Numbered from the stretch's first letter, positions 1 through 10,110 are shown. The stretch is 64,000 bases of DNA from an uncultured Caulobacteraceae bacterium (GCA_964244065.1 CAXTHH010000002.1:327199-391198), one strand, 5' to 3'. Notes: generated by a model not told the origin, from the sequence alone. Program-made: numbers and translations.

Positions 1-705
1 CGGCGGCAGGAGGCCCGGCAGGCGCTGCGCCATCATCGACTTGCCCGAGCCGGGCGGGCCGACGAACAGCAGGTTGTGGCCGCCCGCCGCGGCGATCTCC
101 AGGGCGCGCTTCGCCTGCTCCTGCCCCTTCACCTCGCGCAGGTCGGGGCCGGGCGGCCCGTCGAGCACCGGGCCGGGCGAGGGCGGCGACAGCATCTGCA
201 CGCCGCGCAGGTGGTTCATCACCGCAATCAGCGAGCGCGGCGCCAGGACGCGCGTGTCGCCCGCCCAGGCCGCCTCCGCCCCGCCGGACTCCGGGCAGAT
301 CAGGCCGAGGCCCCAGCCGCCTGCGGCCACCGCGGCGGGCAGCACGCCCGCCGTCTGCGCGATCTGGCCGTCGAGCCCGAGCTCACCCACCGCCAGCCAG
401 CCGTCCAGCGCGTCCGGCGGCACGACGCCCATGGAGGCCATGAGCGCGAGGGCGATCGGCAGGTCGTAGTGGCTGCCCTCCTTGGGCAGGTCCGCCGGGG
501 CCAGGTTCACGATCAGCCGCTTGGGCGGCAGCGCCAGGCCGAGCGCGGCGAAGGCGGCGCGCACGCGCTCCCGACTCTCCGCCACCGCCTTGTCGCCGAG
601 GCCGACCACCATGAAGGCGGGCTGGCCGCCGGTGGTCTGCACCTCCACCTCGACGCGCCGGGCTTCGACGCCCTCGAACGCGACCGTGCCCACCCGCGCC
701 GCCAT
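1..705 (-). CDS. comM: YifB/ComM-family Mg-chelatase-like AAA+ ATPase, N-terminal ~235 codons (gene runs off the window start)
   Basis: My own minus-strand translation from ATG at 705..703 gives [48 protein letters not shown]... It reaches the Walker A motif [20 protein letters not shown] at the window edge. It is absent from the ORF track because no stop codon lies inside the window. Confidence 0.85.
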   Translation of the reverse strand, partial: MAARVGTVAFEGVEARRVEVEVQTTGGQPAFMVVGLGDKAVAESRERVRAAFAALGLALPPKRLIVNLAPADLPKEGSHYDLPIALALMASMGVVPPDALDGWLAVGELGLDGQIAQTAGVLPAAVAAGGWGLGLICPESGGAEAAWAGDTRVLAPRSLIAVMNHLRGVQMLSPPSPGPVLDGPPGPDLREVKGQEQAKRALEIAAAGGHNLLFVGPPGSGKSMMAQRLPGLLPP

Positions 706-817
706 GCCCGCGCCCCCTCGATCAGCCGTCCACAGCCTGCCCGGCCGTCTGGGAACGCGTCAAGAACAATCAGCGAACATGCTGAGACGTTCCTGCTCGC
801 GCCATGGTTAACAAGCG

Positions 818-1483
818 TCAGCGCCGCTTGGACGCACCGTCCAGATAAAGGCCCGACGGAGGGCGATCGAGCACCACGGACGTCGCGCCGCGCCAGGCGG
901 CCGGCTCGAACACGGGATGGCCGCCCTCCAGCGGGAGCGGCCGGCGGACGCCGCCGGCGAGCACCACCTCGCCGCTTCCGGCGCCCGGGAGCGCCACGCG
1001 GTCGAGCCGCGGCGCCAGGAGCGACAGCGGGCCGGCGCGGCCGACCGCGGCCCGGTACTGGGCCACGCAGCGAACCAGCCGATCGGCCGCCAGCTCCCGC
1101 CCCGCGCCGCCCGTGCATCCCATGCGCATGTTGAGGCCGAAGCGGGTTCCGGGCGGACCCTCCAGCGCCACCTGGCCGCGCCACTCCTCCAGGGTGGGAA
1201 GGCGCTCCAGGCGGCCTTCCGCGTCCAGCGGCGCGGGGGTGTGGCGTCCGTCCGCGACGAAGATCATCCGCACGTTGCGGGGTGGACCGCCGTTCTCGCG
1301 CACGCGGTAGGACAGGGCGAACACGTCGCGCTCGGCCGGCGGAATCCGCAGGTAGAGGTCCAGGTAGGGAAACAGCTTGCGGGCAGGCGCCAGCCGTTCC
1401 CCGCCGGGCGCGGGGGCCGGCGCGGCGGCGACCAGGACCGCCGCGGCGGCGCAGACGAACGGCAGGCGGGGGCGGGCGCGCAT
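818..1483 (-). CDS. hypothetical secreted protein (Sec signal peptide)
   Basis: Inner ATG of ORF 818..2236(-). The N-terminus MRARPRLPFVCAAAAVLVAAAPAPAPG is signal-peptide-like. I recognise no family. The upstream part of the ORF is an Arg/Gly/Pro-rich artefact. Confidence 0.5.
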   Translation of the reverse strand: MRARPRLPFVCAAAAVLVAAAPAPAPGGERLAPARKLFPYLDLYLRIPPAERDVFALSYRVRENGGPPRNVRMIFVADGRHTPAPLDAEGRLERLPTLEEWRGQVALEGPPGTRFGLNMRMGCTGGAGRELAADRLVRCVAQYRAAVGRAGPLSLLAPRLDRVALPGAGSGEVVLAGGVRRPLPLEGGHPVFEPAAWRGATSVVLDRPPSGLYLDGASKRR

Positions 1484-1605
1484 GGCTGAGCTTCGCCGTT
1501 CGCGCCACCGGGCGCAACGGAGACGGGCAGGGCCCCGGACGTCCGCAGGGGCCATGGGTCCCGCCGCCGTTCGTCCCGCCGCGGCGCGCGTCGAGGCTTC
1601 CCGGG

Positions 1606-2520
1606 CTAGGCCTCGGCGGGCTCCGCGTCCACGGCCTCGGGATCGATGTCGTAGCGGCGCGAGCAGTACTCGCAGGTCACCACGATGCGGTCGCCCTCCA
1701 GCATGTCGGCCCGCTCCTCCGGCGCGAAGGTGCGCAGCATGCCGAGGATGCGGTCCTCGTCGCAGCGGCAGCGGGCGGCCAGCGGCCTGGCGGGGAACAG
1801 GCGCACGCCGTCCTCGTGGAACAGGCGGTAGAGCAGCGTCCCGGGCGGCAGGGCGGGGTCCACCAGCTCGTCCTCGCCGATGGTGTCGAACAGCACGCGG
1901 CAGTGCTCCCACGCCTCCCCGGTGTCGCCGCGCGCCTCGTCGCCGGCGATGTTCTGCAGGATGGCCCCGCCCGCGCGCCAGGAGCGGCCGCCTCCGTCCC
2001 GCAGCTCGGCCACCGCCAGCTTCACGCGGGTGGGCGTCTGCTCGGACTGCGAGAAGTACTGCTCGGCGCACAGGGCCAGGGTCTCGCCCTCGATGGCCAC
2101 GATGCCCTGCTGGCGCTCGTTCTGGTCGGCGGGGTCGAGGGTCATGATGAACAGGCCCTGGCCCAGCAGCGTCCGCGCGCCGGGGCGGACGAAGCCGCGG
2201 GAGGCCTCCGCCACGCGCGCGGCGTCGAACCGGCAATAGCCGCGCAGGGCGCCGGCGGTGTCGTAGTCGGCCACCACGTACTGGACGGGGCCGTCGCCCT
2301 GCGCCTGCACGATCAGCCGGCCCTCGAACTTCAGGCTCGCGCCCACCAGCGCGGCCAGGGCGCAGGCCTCGCCCAGCAGGTCGGCGACGGGGCCGGGGTA
2401 GTCGTGGCGCGACAGGATCTCGTCGACCACCGGGCCCAGGCGGACGATGCGGCCGCGGGCGGGGTGGTGCTCGACGGCGAAGGCGGCGACCAGGTCGTCG
2501 GTGGGGCGGGCGTCGGTCAT
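1606..2520 (-). CDS. hslO: Hsp33 redox-regulated chaperone
   Basis: The last 304 aa of ORF 1606..5580(-), starting MTDARPTDDLVAAFAVEHHPARGRIVRLG. The C-terminus has the Zn-binding CRCDEDR...CEYCSRRY (CxC...CxxC) motif typical of Hsp33. Confidence 0.9.
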   Translation of the reverse strand: MTDARPTDDLVAAFAVEHHPARGRIVRLGPVVDEILSRHDYPGPVADLLGEACALAALVGASLKFEGRLIVQAQGDGPVQYVVADYDTAGALRGYCRFDAARVAEASRGFVRPGARTLLGQGLFIMTLDPADQNERQQGIVAIEGETLALCAEQYFSQSEQTPTRVKLAVAELRDGGGRSWRAGGAILQNIAGDEARGDTGEAWEHCRVLFDTIGEDELVDPALPPGTLLYRLFHEDGVRLFPARPLAARCRCDEDRILGMLRTFAPEERADMLEGDRIVVTCEYCSRRYDIDPEAVDAEPAEA

Positions 2521-2664
2521 GCGGGCGGCCTCTCGCCGGAGCGGAGGCTCACGGCGGCTGATGTGCGGAGCGTACGGGGTCGCGGCGCATGTGGGGGCGG
2601 GCGCGACGGGCGCCAAGTCGCCATCCGCCTCGCCAGAGGCGCGGTTCGGGCCTACATCGGAGCC

Positions 2665-5600
2665 ATGCACGACGGCTCGCTTCCTCCCGCCCAGGCCACG
2701 GCGACCGCCCTCGCCGAACCGGCGCTGGCGTGGGACCGGCTGGACGACGGCAAGTACGAGGCCGAGCGCGACGCGGTGGCCCGGATCCTGCGCGCCCAGC
2801 CGCTGGACGCGCCGGCCCGCGCGGCGGTCACGCGGCAGGCCGTGGCGCTCGTGCGCGCCGCCCGCGCGTCGCCCCGCCGCCAGGGCGTGGTGGAGAGCTT
2901 CCTGCAGGAGTTCACCCTCGGCACCCGCGAGGGCCTGGCGCTGATGTGCCTGGCCGAGGCGCTGCTGCGCACGCCGGACTCCGCCACCCGCGACGCGCTG
3001 ATCGCCGAGAAGATCGGCAGCGCCGACTGGGCCGCGCATCTGGGCAAGAGCGACAGCGCCTTCGTCAACGCCAGCACCTGGGGCCTCCTGCTCACCGGCG
3101 CGATCGTGAGCCCCGACGACGACGCCCGGCGCGACCCGGCAGGCTTCGTCAAGCGCCTCGCCGGCCGCCTGGGCGAGCCCGTGATCCGCGCGGCGGTGGC
3201 GCGGGCCATCAAGATCATGGGCGAGCAGTTCGTGCTGGGCCGCACCATCGAGGACGCCCTGCGCCGCGCGGACAGGGACGGCTGGCTCTGCTCCTTCGAC
3301 ATGCTGGGCGAGGGCGCCCGCACCGCCGCCGACGCCGCCCGCTACGAGAGGAGCTACGCCGACGCCATCGCCGCCGTGGGCCGCGCGTCCAGAGGCCGCG
3401 GGCCGGAGCGGGGGCACGGCATCTCGGTCAAGCTCTCCGCCCTGTCGCCGCGCTACGACGCCCTGCAGGAGGCGCGGGTGTGGGAGGAGCTGTACCCTCG
3501 CCTGAAGCGTCTGGCGGTGCAGGCGGCGGGGCACGACCTGAACTTCACGCTCGACGCGGAGGAGGCCGACCGGCTGGTCCTCTCGCTCAAGCTCCTCGCC
3601 CGGCTGGCGCGCGAGCCGGAGCTGGACGCCTGGACCGGCCTGGGGCTCGCCGTGCAGGCCTACGCCAAGCGCGCGCCGGCGGTGATCGAGGCGGTGGCCG
3701 ACCTCGCCCGCGTCTCCGGCCGGCGGCTGATGGTTCGGCTGGTCAAGGGCGCCTACTGGGACACGGAGATCAAGAAGGCGCAGGTCGCCGGCCGTGACGA
3801 CTACCCGGTCTGGACCACCAAGCCCGCCACCGACGTGGGCTACCTCGTCTGCGCCGAGGCGATGATCGCGGCGGCCCCGCACATCTACCCGCAGTTCGCC
3901 ACGCACAACGCGCACACGCTCGCGGCCGTGAAGCGGCTGGCCGACGGGCACGGCGCCCCGCTGGAGTTCCAGCGCCTGCACGGCATGGGCGAGGCGCTCT
4001 ACGAGGGCGCCGAGAAGATCTACGGGCCGCTGACGCTGCGCGCCTACGCGCCGGTGGGCGGGCACGAGGACCTGCTGCCCTACCTCGTGCGGCGCCTGCT
4101 GGAGAACGGGGCCAACACCAGCTTCGTCCACGCCCTGCTGGACGACGACGTGCCGCCGGAGCTTGTGGTCGGCGACCCGGTCTCCGCCCTGGAGGCCGCC
4201 CCCGACCGCCATCCGCGCATCCCCGCCCCGCTCGATCTCTACGGCGCCGGGCGCGTGAACAGCCGCGGGCGCGATTTGTCGGTGGCCAAGGAGCGGGCGC
4301 CGCTGACCGCCGCGCTGAGGGCCGTGGACGAGGCCGCCCTGATCGCCGCCCCGCTGGTGGGGGGCGCGCTCCGTGTGACCGGCCCCGGCGAGCCGGTGAC
4401 CGACCCCGCGGACCGCACGCTGACGCTCGGCCGGGCGCACGAGGCCTCGACCGCCGACGTGGACGACGCCTTCGCCCTCGCCCGCGCCGCCGGGCCGCGG
4501 TGGGACGCGCTCGGGGGCGGCGGTCGCGCCAAGGTGCTCCGCCGCATGGCGGACGCGCTGGAGGGCGAGCGCGACCGCTTCTGCGCGCTGGCGGTGCGAG
4601 AGGCGGGCAAGAGCTGGAGCGACGCGATCGGCGAGGTGCGGGAGGCGGTGGACTTCCTGCGCTACTACGCCCGCGACGCCGAGCGGCTGTTCGCCGGGCC
4701 GACCACGCTCACCGGCCCGGTGGGCGAACACAACACGCTGGAGCTGCACGGGCGCGGCGTGTTCGTGTGCATCAGCCCCTGGAACTTCCCGCTGGCCATC
4801 TTCACCGGCCAGATCGCCGCCGCGCTGGCCGCCGGCAACGCCGTGCTCGCCAAGCCCGCCGAACAGACGCCGCTGATCGCCGCGGAGGCCGTGCGCCTGT
4901 TCCACCGCGCGGGACTGGATCCCGACCTGCTCCACCTGCTGCCCGGCCGCGGCGAGACCGTGGGCGCGGCGCTCACGGCGCACCCGGGGCTGGACGGCGT
5001 CGCCTTCACCGGCGGCACTGAGACCGCCTGGGCGATCAACAAGGCGCTGGCTGCCCGCCGCGGCCCCATCGTGCCCTTCATCGCCGAGACGGGCGGGCTG
5101 AACGGCATGTTCGTCGACACCACGGCCCTGCGCGAGCAGGTGATCGACGACGTGGTGGTCTCCGCGTTCGGCAGCGCCGGCCAGCGCTGCTCGGCCCTGC
5201 GGCTCCTCTACCTGCCGCGCGACACCGCCGACCTGATCGTCGAGGGGATCAAGGGCGCCATGGACGCCCTGGTGGTCTCCGACCCCGCCGCCTTCACGAC
5301 GGACGTCGGCCCGGTGATCGATGGCGAGGCGCGCGAGGCGCTGGAGGCGCACCTCGCCCGGCTGGCGCGCGAGGCCAAGGTGCTGCACCGCGCGACGGTG
5401 ACGGGCGCCGGCTCCGGCGAGATGTTCGCCCCGACCCTGGCCGAGATCCCGCACGCGGGCTGGCTGGAGCGCGAGGTGTTCGGCCCCGTGCTCCACGTCT
5501 GCCGCTACGATCCGGAGGACATCGACGCCGTCTGCGACGTCCTCGCCTCCAAGGGCTACGGCCTGACGCTGGGCGTGCACACGCGCATCGACGGCTTCGC

Positions 5601-5832
5601 CGAGGAGGTGCGCCGCCGCGTGCCCGCGGGCAACGCCTATGTGAACCGCACCGTGGTGGGCGCGGTGGTGGGCGTGCAGCCCTTCGGCGGCGAAGGCCTC
5701 TCCGGCACCGGCCCCAAGGCGGGCGGGCCCTACGCCCTGCTGCGCTACGCCGTGGAGCGCGCCGTCAGCGTCAACATCGCCGCCCAGGGCGGCGACCCTG
5801 CGCTCCTCAACCTCGGCGGCGTCTCGCCATGA
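2665..5832 (+). CDS. putA: bifunctional proline dehydrogenase / L-glutamate-gamma-semialdehyde dehydrogenase PutA (about 1055 aa, no N-terminal RHH DNA-binding domain evident)
   Basis: Inner ATG at 2665 of ORF 1282..5832(+). It contains a PRODH barrel region (LMCLAEALLRTPD, SFDMLGEGA, KLSALSPRY) and an ALDH domain (FVCISPWNFPLAI, ETGGLNGMFVD, GQRCSALR). Confidence 0.93.
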   Translation: MHDGSLPPAQATATALAEPALAWDRLDDGKYEAERDAVARILRAQPLDAPARAAVTRQAVALVRAARASPRRQGVVESFLQEFTLGTREGLALMCLAEALLRTPDSATRDALIAEKIGSADWAAHLGKSDSAFVNASTWGLLLTGAIVSPDDDARRDPAGFVKRLAGRLGEPVIRAAVARAIKIMGEQFVLGRTIEDALRRADRDGWLCSFDMLGEGARTAADAARYERSYADAIAAVGRASRGRGPERGHGISVKLSALSPRYDALQEARVWEELYPRLKRLAVQAAGHDLNFTLDAEEADRLVLSLKLLARLAREPELDAWTGLGLAVQAYAKRAPAVIEAVADLARVSGRRLMVRLVKGAYWDTEIKKAQVAGRDDYPVWTTKPATDVGYLVCAEAMIAAAPHIYPQFATHNAHTLAAVKRLADGHGAPLEFQRLHGMGEALYEGAEKIYGPLTLRAYAPVGGHEDLLPYLVRRLLENGANTSFVHALLDDDVPPELVVGDPVSALEAAPDRHPRIPAPLDLYGAGRVNSRGRDLSVAKERAPLTAALRAVDEAALIAAPLVGGALRVTGPGEPVTDPADRTLTLGRAHEASTADVDDAFALARAAGPRWDALGGGGRAKVLRRMADALEGERDRFCALAVREAGKSWSDAIGEVREAVDFLRYYARDAERLFAGPTTLTGPVGEHNTLELHGRGVFVCISPWNFPLAIFTGQIAAALAAGNAVLAKPAEQTPLIAAEAVRLFHRAGLDPDLLHLLPGRGETVGAALTAHPGLDGVAFTGGTETAWAINKALAARRGPIVPFIAETGGLNGMFVDTTALREQVIDDVVVSAFGSAGQRCSALRLLYLPRDTADLIVEGIKGAMDALVVSDPAAFTTDVGPVIDGEAREALEAHLARLAREAKVLHRATVTGAGSGEMFAPTLAEIPHAGWLEREVFGPVLHVCRYDPEDIDAVCDVLASKGYGLTLGVHTRIDGFAEEVRRRVPAGNAYVNRTVVGAVVGVQPFGGEGLSGTGPKAGGPYALLRYAVERAVSVNIAAQGGDPALLNLGGVSP

Positions 5833-7025
5833 CCGCCGCGAGCGCCGACCGCCCCGACGTGCTGATCGCCGGGGGCGGGCTCGCCTCCGGCCTGATCGCG
5901 CTGGCCCTGAGCCGCGCCCGGCCCGAGCTGCGGGTGCTCTTGGTCGACCGGGCGGAGACGCTGGGGGCCGGCCACACCTGGAGCTTCTTCACCACGGACC
6001 TGTCGCCCGAGGCCCAGGCGCTGACGGCCGAGATGATCGTGCACAGCTGGCCCGGCTACGAGGTGCGCTTCCCCGCCCACCGCCGCCGGGTGGGCAATCG
6101 ATACAACAGCATCGCCGACGCGCGCTTCCACGAGGTGGTCTCCGCCGCCCTGCCGCCCGGCAGCCTGCTGATGGGCGCGGAGATCGCCGCCTTGTCGTCC
6201 GAGGGGATCACGCTCGCCGACCAGCGCAGCCTGTCCGCCCCCTGCGTGATCGACGCCCGCGGGCCCGTGGGCGACGCGGCGCTGGAGGGCCTCACCCTCG
6301 GCTGGCAGAAGTTCGTGGGCGTGGAGATCGAGACGGAGACGCCGCACGGCCTCTCCGAGCCGATCATCATGGACGCCACCGTGCCCCAGGCCGACGGCTA
6401 CCGCTTCCTCTACGCCCTGCCATTCTCGCCCACGCGCCTGCTGATCGAGGACACGCGCTACGCCGATGGGCCCTCGCTCGACCGGGTGGATCTCGCCGCC
6501 GAGGGGCTGGCCTACGCCGAGGCGCAGGGCTGGCGCGCCAAGCACGTGGTGCGCGAGGAGCACGGCATCCTGCCCATCGCGCTGGCCGGCGACATCCACG
6601 CCTTCTGGCGCGAGGCCTCAGCCGGGGGAGTGGCCCGCGCGGGGCTCCGGTCGGCCCTGTTCCACCCCACCACCGGCTATTCGCTGCCGGACGCGGCGCA
6701 CACGGCGCTGAAGATCGCCGCCCTGCCGGTGGTCACGACCGAGACGGTGGCCGAGGCGATCCGCGCCGCCTCCGTCCAGGCCTGGGAGGACCGCGCCTTC
6801 TTCCGCCTGCTCAACCGCATGCTGTTCAAGGCGGCCGACCCGGACAAGCGGTTCAAGGTGCTTGAGCGCTTCTATCGCCTGGGCACGCCCATGATGGAGC
6901 GGTTCTACGCGGCCGACCTGACCACCGCCGACAAGCTGCGCATCCTCACCGGCAAGCCGCCCGTGCCGATCGGCCGCGCGCTCGCGTGCATGAGCGAGCG
7001 GGCGATGCTACGCCCTGCGGCATGA
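5829..7025 (+). CDS. crtY: lycopene beta-cyclase
   Basis: ORF 5829..7025. It has the N-terminal FAD fold DVLIAGGGLASGLIALAL and a GHTWSFF motif. The start ATG overlaps the putA stop (ATGA). Confidence 0.88.
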   Translation: MTAASADRPDVLIAGGGLASGLIALALSRARPELRVLLVDRAETLGAGHTWSFFTTDLSPEAQALTAEMIVHSWPGYEVRFPAHRRRVGNRYNSIADARFHEVVSAALPPGSLLMGAEIAALSSEGITLADQRSLSAPCVIDARGPVGDAALEGLTLGWQKFVGVEIETETPHGLSEPIIMDATVPQADGYRFLYALPFSPTRLLIEDTRYADGPSLDRVDLAAEGLAYAEAQGWRAKHVVREEHGILPIALAGDIHAFWREASAGGVARAGLRSALFHPTTGYSLPDAAHTALKIAALPVVTTETVAEAIRAASVQAWEDRAFFRLLNRMLFKAADPDKRFKVLERFYRLGTPMMERFYAADLTTADKLRILTGKPPVPIGRALACMSERAMLRPAA

Positions 7026-8575
7026 CCGTCCTCGCCCGCAAGACCGCCGCCGTCATCGGAGCCGGCTTCGGCGGCATCGCGCTCGCCGTGCGCCTGCAGT
7101 CCGCCGGGATCGCCACCACCCTGTACGAGGCGCGGGACAAGCCCGGCGGCCGCGCCTACGTCTACCAGCAGGACGGCTTCACCTTCGACGCCGGCCCCAC
7201 CGTGATCACCGACCCGGCCTGCCTGGAGGAGCTGTTCGCGCTCAGCGGCCGGCGCCTGGCCGACTATGTCGAGCTCCTGCCCGTGTCGCCCTTCTACCGG
7301 CTGCAGTGGTCGGACGGGGTGACTTTCGACTACGTCAACGACCAGGCCGAGCTCGACCGCCAGATCGAGGCGCTGGAGCCGCGCGATCTGGAGGGCTACC
7401 GCAAGTTCCTCGCGTATTCCGAGCAGTTGTACGAGGAGGGCTACGTCAAGCTCGGCTCCGCACCCTTTCTCGACTGGGGATCGATGCTGAAGGCGGCGCC
7501 CGAGCTCGTGAAGCTGGAGGCCTGGAAGAGCGTCCACACCAAGGTGGCGGAGTTCATCCGCGAGCCGCACCTGCGGCAGGCGTTCTCGTTCCACTCGCTG
7601 CTGGTGGGCGGCAACCCGTTCGCCACCTCTTCCATCTACGCCCTGATCCACGCCCTGGAGCGCCGCGGCGGGGTGTGGTTCCCGAAGGGCGGCACGGGCG
7701 CCCTGGTCCGCGCCCTGGTGAAGCTGTTCACCGACCTCGGCGGCGAGTTCAAGGTCAAGACCCCGATCGAACGCATCGTGACCCGGGAGGACCAGGTCGT
7801 CGGCGTCAAGCTGGCCGACGGCACGCCCAAGGCGTTCGACATGGTCGCCTCGAACGGCGACGTCCAGACCACCTATCGCAACCTGCTGCACGGCAACGAC
7901 CACGCCGACAAGGTGGCGCGCTCGCTGGCCAAGAAGCGCTGGTCGATGAGCCTGTTCGTCATCTACTTCGGCACGAAGACGCAGTATAAGGACGTCGCCC
8001 ACCACACGGTGATCTTCGGCCCCCGCTACAAGGAACTGATCGGCGAGATCTTCAACGGTCCAGAGCTGGCGCAGGACTTCTCGCTGTACCTGCACCGCCC
8101 CACGGCGAGCGACCCTGACCTGGCGCCCGAGGGCTGCGACGGCTTCTACGTGCTGTCGCCCGTGCCGCACCTGGGCCGCGCCGACCTGGACTGGGCGGAC
8201 CAGGGGCCCAAGTACCGCGACCGCATCCTCCAGTTCCTGGAGGACACGATGATGCCGGGCCTGCGCGAGAACCTGGCCACCTGCCGCATCTTCACGCCCT
8301 ACGACTTCCGCGACGAGCTGGGCGCGCACCTGGGCAGCGCCTTCTCGCTGGAGCCGATCCTGACGCAGAGCGCCTTCTTCCGCGCGCACAACCGCGACGA
8401 CAAGATCGGCGGCCTCTACCTCGTGGGCGCGGGCACGCACCCGGGCGCCGGCGTGCCGGGGGTGGTGGGCTCGGCCAAGGCCACCGCCGGGCTGATGATC
8501 GCGGACGCGCAGGCCCAGCCCGCGCGCACCATCGCCGAGGATCCGCCGGGAGCCGACCGGATCGCCGCCGAGTGA
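7022..8575 (+). CDS. crtI: phytoene desaturase
   Basis: Inner ATG at 7022 overlaps the crtY stop (ATGA). The N-terminus MTVLARKTAAVIGAGFGGIALAVRLQSAGI is the classic CrtI dinucleotide-binding fold. The C-terminus contains GLYLVGAGTHPGAGVPGV. Confidence 0.93.
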   Translation: MTVLARKTAAVIGAGFGGIALAVRLQSAGIATTLYEARDKPGGRAYVYQQDGFTFDAGPTVITDPACLEELFALSGRRLADYVELLPVSPFYRLQWSDGVTFDYVNDQAELDRQIEALEPRDLEGYRKFLAYSEQLYEEGYVKLGSAPFLDWGSMLKAAPELVKLEAWKSVHTKVAEFIREPHLRQAFSFHSLLVGGNPFATSSIYALIHALERRGGVWFPKGGTGALVRALVKLFTDLGGEFKVKTPIERIVTREDQVVGVKLADGTPKAFDMVASNGDVQTTYRNLLHGNDHADKVARSLAKKRWSMSLFVIYFGTKTQYKDVAHHTVIFGPRYKELIGEIFNGPELAQDFSLYLHRPTASDPDLAPEGCDGFYVLSPVPHLGRADLDWADQGPKYRDRILQFLEDTMMPGLRENLATCRIFTPYDFRDELGAHLGSAFSLEPILTQSAFFRAHNRDDKIGGLYLVGAGTHPGAGVPGVVGSAKATAGLMIADAQAQPARTIAEDPPGADRIAAE

Positions 8576-9510
8576 GCGAGGTCGCCTCCCGCGAGCTCCT
8601 GGCCCTCTCCGCCCAGACGATCGCCCAGGGCTCGCAGAGCTTCGCCGCCGCCTCCCGCCTGTTCGACGCCCGCACCCGGGCTGGAGCGCACCTGCTCTAC
8701 GCCTGGTGCCGCCACTGCGACGACGTGGTGGACGGCCAGGCGCTGGGCCATGGCCGCCAGGACCTCACCGCCGACGACCGCCGCGCCCGCGTCGCCGAGC
8801 TGGAGGCGCGCACGCGTTCGGCGCTGGCCGGCGAGCCGCAGGACGCGGCCGTGTTCCGCGGCCTGCAGGTGGTGGCGCGCGAGTTCGGCGTGGACCCCCG
8901 CTGGCCGCTGGAGCACCTCGCCGGCTTCGCCATGGACGTGGAGCCCCGCGCCTACGCCGACCTGGACGCTGTGCTGCTCTACTGCTGGCGCGTGGCGGGC
9001 GTGGTCGGGGTGATGATGGCGGCGGTCATGGGCGTGGAGACGGGCGACCTCGCCGTGCTGCGTCGGGCGCAGGACCTCGGCCTGGCCTTCCAGCTGACCA
9101 ACATCGCCCGGGACGTGCGGGAGGATGCGGAGAACGGCCGCGTCTACCTGCCCGCAGACGGCCTGGCCGCGCACGGCCTGGCGCCGGAGCCGGCCGCGGT
9201 GCTGGGCTCCCCCACCCGGGCGGCGGCGGTGGCGCGGGAGCTCGTGGCGGCGGCCGAGCCCTTCTACGAGTCGGCGGGAACGGGGCTGGCGGCGCTGCCC
9301 TGGCGCTCGGCCTGGGCGGTGGCAGCGGCGCGGGGCGTGTACCGCGAGATCGGCCGCAAGGTGGTCCGCGCCGGCGACCGGGCGCTGGAGCGGCGCGCCT
9401 CCACCGGCGCGGCGGCGAAGCTCGGCTTCGCGCTGCAGGGGGCGGCCCTGGCGGCCGCCTCGCGCGGAGGCCGCGCCGCGCCGCGGGCCGACCTGTGGAG
9501 CGCGCTCTGA
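8572..9510 (+). CDS. crtB: phytoene synthase
   Basis: The GTG start overlaps the crtI stop (GTGA). It carries the LYAWCRHCDDVVDGQ and NIARDVREDAENGRVYLP motifs of the squalene/phytoene synthase family. Confidence 0.92.
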   Translation: MSEVASRELLALSAQTIAQGSQSFAAASRLFDARTRAGAHLLYAWCRHCDDVVDGQALGHGRQDLTADDRRARVAELEARTRSALAGEPQDAAVFRGLQVVAREFGVDPRWPLEHLAGFAMDVEPRAYADLDAVLLYCWRVAGVVGVMMAAVMGVETGDLAVLRRAQDLGLAFQLTNIARDVREDAENGRVYLPADGLAAHGLAPEPAAVLGSPTRAAAVARELVAAAEPFYESAGTGLAALPWRSAWAVAAARGVYREIGRKVVRAGDRALERRASTGAAAKLGFALQGAALAAASRGGRAAPRADLWSAL

Positions 9511-9517
9511 GCGGGCC

Positions 9518-9943
9518 TCAGCCCTCGCCGCGGTCGTAGCCGGGCAGGGTCTCGGCGCCGGCGGAGGAGGTGCTGCGGCGGCCGGTGAAGCCGGCGAAGC
9601 GCTCGGCGCGCTTGGCCTGGGCGCTGGCCTTCTCCATGGCCTTGCGCTCCTTGCGGTTGTCGCGCTTGGCGGCCAGGAGCGCGGCCTCGGCCTCCTCCTG
9701 CGCCTTGCGGGCGGCCTCCGCGGCGAGCTCGCGGGCGCGGCGGGCCTCCTCGCGCTCGGCGGCGCGGGCGGCGCGGACCGCCTCCAGCTGCGCCTGGCGG
9801 GTCGCTTCGCGGTCGAGCGGCGCCTCCGCCTGCACCATGGGCTTAGGCTTGAACTTGGCGAGCAGAGCCTTCTTGGCCTCGGCGGCGTCCGCCTGGCGGT
9901 CCGCGAAGTTCGTCCGAAGCTTCTTCTGGGCGTTGGGGGTCAT
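9518..9943 (-). CDS. conserved hypothetical protein, highly charged Ala/Glu/Arg/Lys-rich helical protein
   Basis: ORF 9518..9943(-), starting MTPNAQKKLRTNFADRQADAAEAKKALLAKFKPKP... Composition is lysine-rich and coiled-coil-like. It converges on crtB with a 7-nt gap. I cannot place it in a family from sequence alone. Confidence 0.55.
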   Translation of the reverse strand: MTPNAQKKLRTNFADRQADAAEAKKALLAKFKPKPMVQAEAPLDREATRQAQLEAVRAARAAEREEARRARELAAEAARKAQEEAEAALLAAKRDNRKERKAMEKASAQAKRAERFAGFTGRRSTSSAGAETLPGYDRGEG

Positions 9944-10034
9944 GTGGGGTCCGTCTGACGACGCGCCGCGGCGTCCGGGGTGGGGCTTAAACGCAGGAGG
10001 CCCCGGCTCGATCGAGCCGGGGCGCCCAGGACGT

Positions 10035-10110
10035 TGGTGGAGCTAAGCGGAGTCGAACCGCTGACCTCTTGAATGCCATTCAAGCGCTCTACCAGCTGAG
10101 CTATAGCCCC
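10035..10110 (-). tRNA. tRNA-Ala (anticodon GGC)
   Basis: The reverse complement is GGGGCTATAGCTCAGCTGGTAGAGCGCTTGAATGGCATTCAAGAGGTCAGCGGTTCGACTCCGCTTAGCTCCACCA. It folds as a cloverleaf with the G3:U70 Ala identity pair, anticodon loop ATGGCAT and an encoded CCA. Confidence 0.93.

Noticed and set aside
1282-2664. A 460-aa N-terminal extension of the putA ORF.
   Set aside because: It overlaps hslO and the 818-1483 gene on the opposite strand, and its composition is junk-like (RRRR, GGGG runs). PutA homology begins only at the ATG at 2665.
1606-5580. A 1324-aa ORF on the minus strand covering the putA region.
   Set aside because: Only its last 304 codons (hslO, 1606-2520) look like a real protein. 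The remainder is antisense to putA and is Arg/Gly/Ala/Pro-rich with no motifs. This is the expected open antisense frame in DNA of about 70% GC.
10035-10110. tRNA genes (Ala 10035-10110, Leu 23829-23915, Gly 47529-47602) considered as integration sites of genomic islands or prophages.
   Set aside because: No integrase, excisionase, phage gene or direct repeat of a tRNA 3' end was seen next to any of the three. The glycan cluster after tRNA-Gly has typical host GC.
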